Assembly (NCBI RefSeq): GCF_022447245.1
Contig: NZ_JAKVBC010000021.1
Span: 42,737-66,736, forward strand
Length of the DNA stretch: 24,000 nucleotides
Origin: Kordia sp.
GTDB taxonomy: Bacteria > Bacteroidota > Bacteroidia > Flavobacteriales > Flavobacteriaceae
Direction of reading: 5' to 3'
How positions within the stretch are numbered: the first letter of the stretch is position 1; every line of letters starts with the position of its first letter. Shown here one piece after another: positions 23,520 through 24,000 of this stretch. The notes beneath the pieces are model-generated. The model had not been told where the DNA came from, did not search any database, and saw only the letters and a program-made list of their open reading frames with translations. The translations under genes were made by a program, and so were the position numbers.

Positions 23520-23924
23520 TTATTGTGAGTGTTGGCATATTTTATCAATGACTTGACTTTTCGAAGTGGTTATATCTTTCATTTCTTTTGGGACTATAAT
23601 TATATTGAAATCCACTCCATCAGTTTGTAATTGATTTTTAAATATTTTGATTTCCTGTTGATTCAGTTTACTGTAAGTATCAATCTTTGGAAAAAATAAA
23701 GCTTTTTGTTGCTTCTATATTGTTTTTTATGAGATTTTAAGAGGCTTGTTTCAACTTGAATTCAAGTAGATGCATCACTATTTTCATTAATGTAAAAAAA
23801 TATTCTTTTCTTTAATATCCTCAGTTTTTTAGTCTTTCCACGAGTTCATAACTTGTAATCAGATGCAATTTACCATCAGTAAACCAATGCATATAATTCC
23901 GAGTATTTTGGTAGTATTCTTCAT
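23520..23924 (-). pseudogene. possible decayed lipoprotein gene
   Basis: A 21-codon lipoprotein-signal-like ORF (MKNTTKILGIICIGLLMVNCI, 23924..23862) ends in TGA. A ~64-codon stop-free stretch with no start codon lies in another frame at 23714..23523 (..FFPKIDTYSKLNQQEIKIFKNQLQTDGVDFNIIIVPKEMKD..). No intact long ORF exists in ~800 nt. Confidence 0.3.
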
Positions 23925-24000
23925 TGTGTGTGTATTTTAGATATTTAGATATAATTTTTTAATTGTTGTCTAACTTCTCATCGCTTTACCTGCTTGGTTA

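Noticed and set aside
1-24000. CRISPR arrays, IS elements or transposases, integrases, and rRNA genes
   Set aside because: No regularly spaced repeat array is present. No ORF has transposase or recombinase motifs, and no rRNA-like conserved stretches were seen. The island therefore has no visible mobility gene within this window.

Overview
AT-rich window with Bacteroidota (Flavobacteriia-like) hallmarks: MKK..L..LNK double-glycine peptide leaders, a LytTR/His_kinase pair and lipoprotein-type signal peptides. Left part (1-11.3 kb) is an accessory-looking block, almost all on the minus strand. It encodes a T4-like RNA repair pair (Rnl1-family RNA ligase + Pnkp kinase/phosphatase) tightly coupled to a Pol-beta-fold nucleotidyltransferase and a small R2K-type ATP-grasp. 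It also holds a DUF434/PIN-like protein, two DEDDh 3'-5' exonuclease paralogs (one cut by the left edge), a minimal S24 peptidase and two tandem Cys-rich GG-leader peptides (one frameshifted). A 617-aa protein with a TerD-like C-terminus is preceded by a ~300-nt structured leader or sRNA carrying a tRNA T-arm mimic. A WYL-domain regulator is encoded divergently. A 19-bp palindrome (TRCGYAA-N5-TTRCGYA) occurs four times, each just upstream of a minus-strand transcription unit of this block, suggesting one regulon. Right part (11.3-24 kb) holds a secreted EEP-family enzyme, a GH63/trehalase-like glycosidase broken by one in-frame TAA, and an S28/S37-type peptidase broken by an 8-bp tandem duplication. 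It also holds a third orphan GG-leader peptide, a trans-3-hydroxy-L-proline catabolic pair, an M24B Xaa-Pro aminopeptidase, a LytTR two-component system and a decayed region at the right edge. No rRNA, intact tRNA, CRISPR array, transposase or integrase was seen. All functional calls rest on motif recognition by eye and recalled family signatures; no database search was run.
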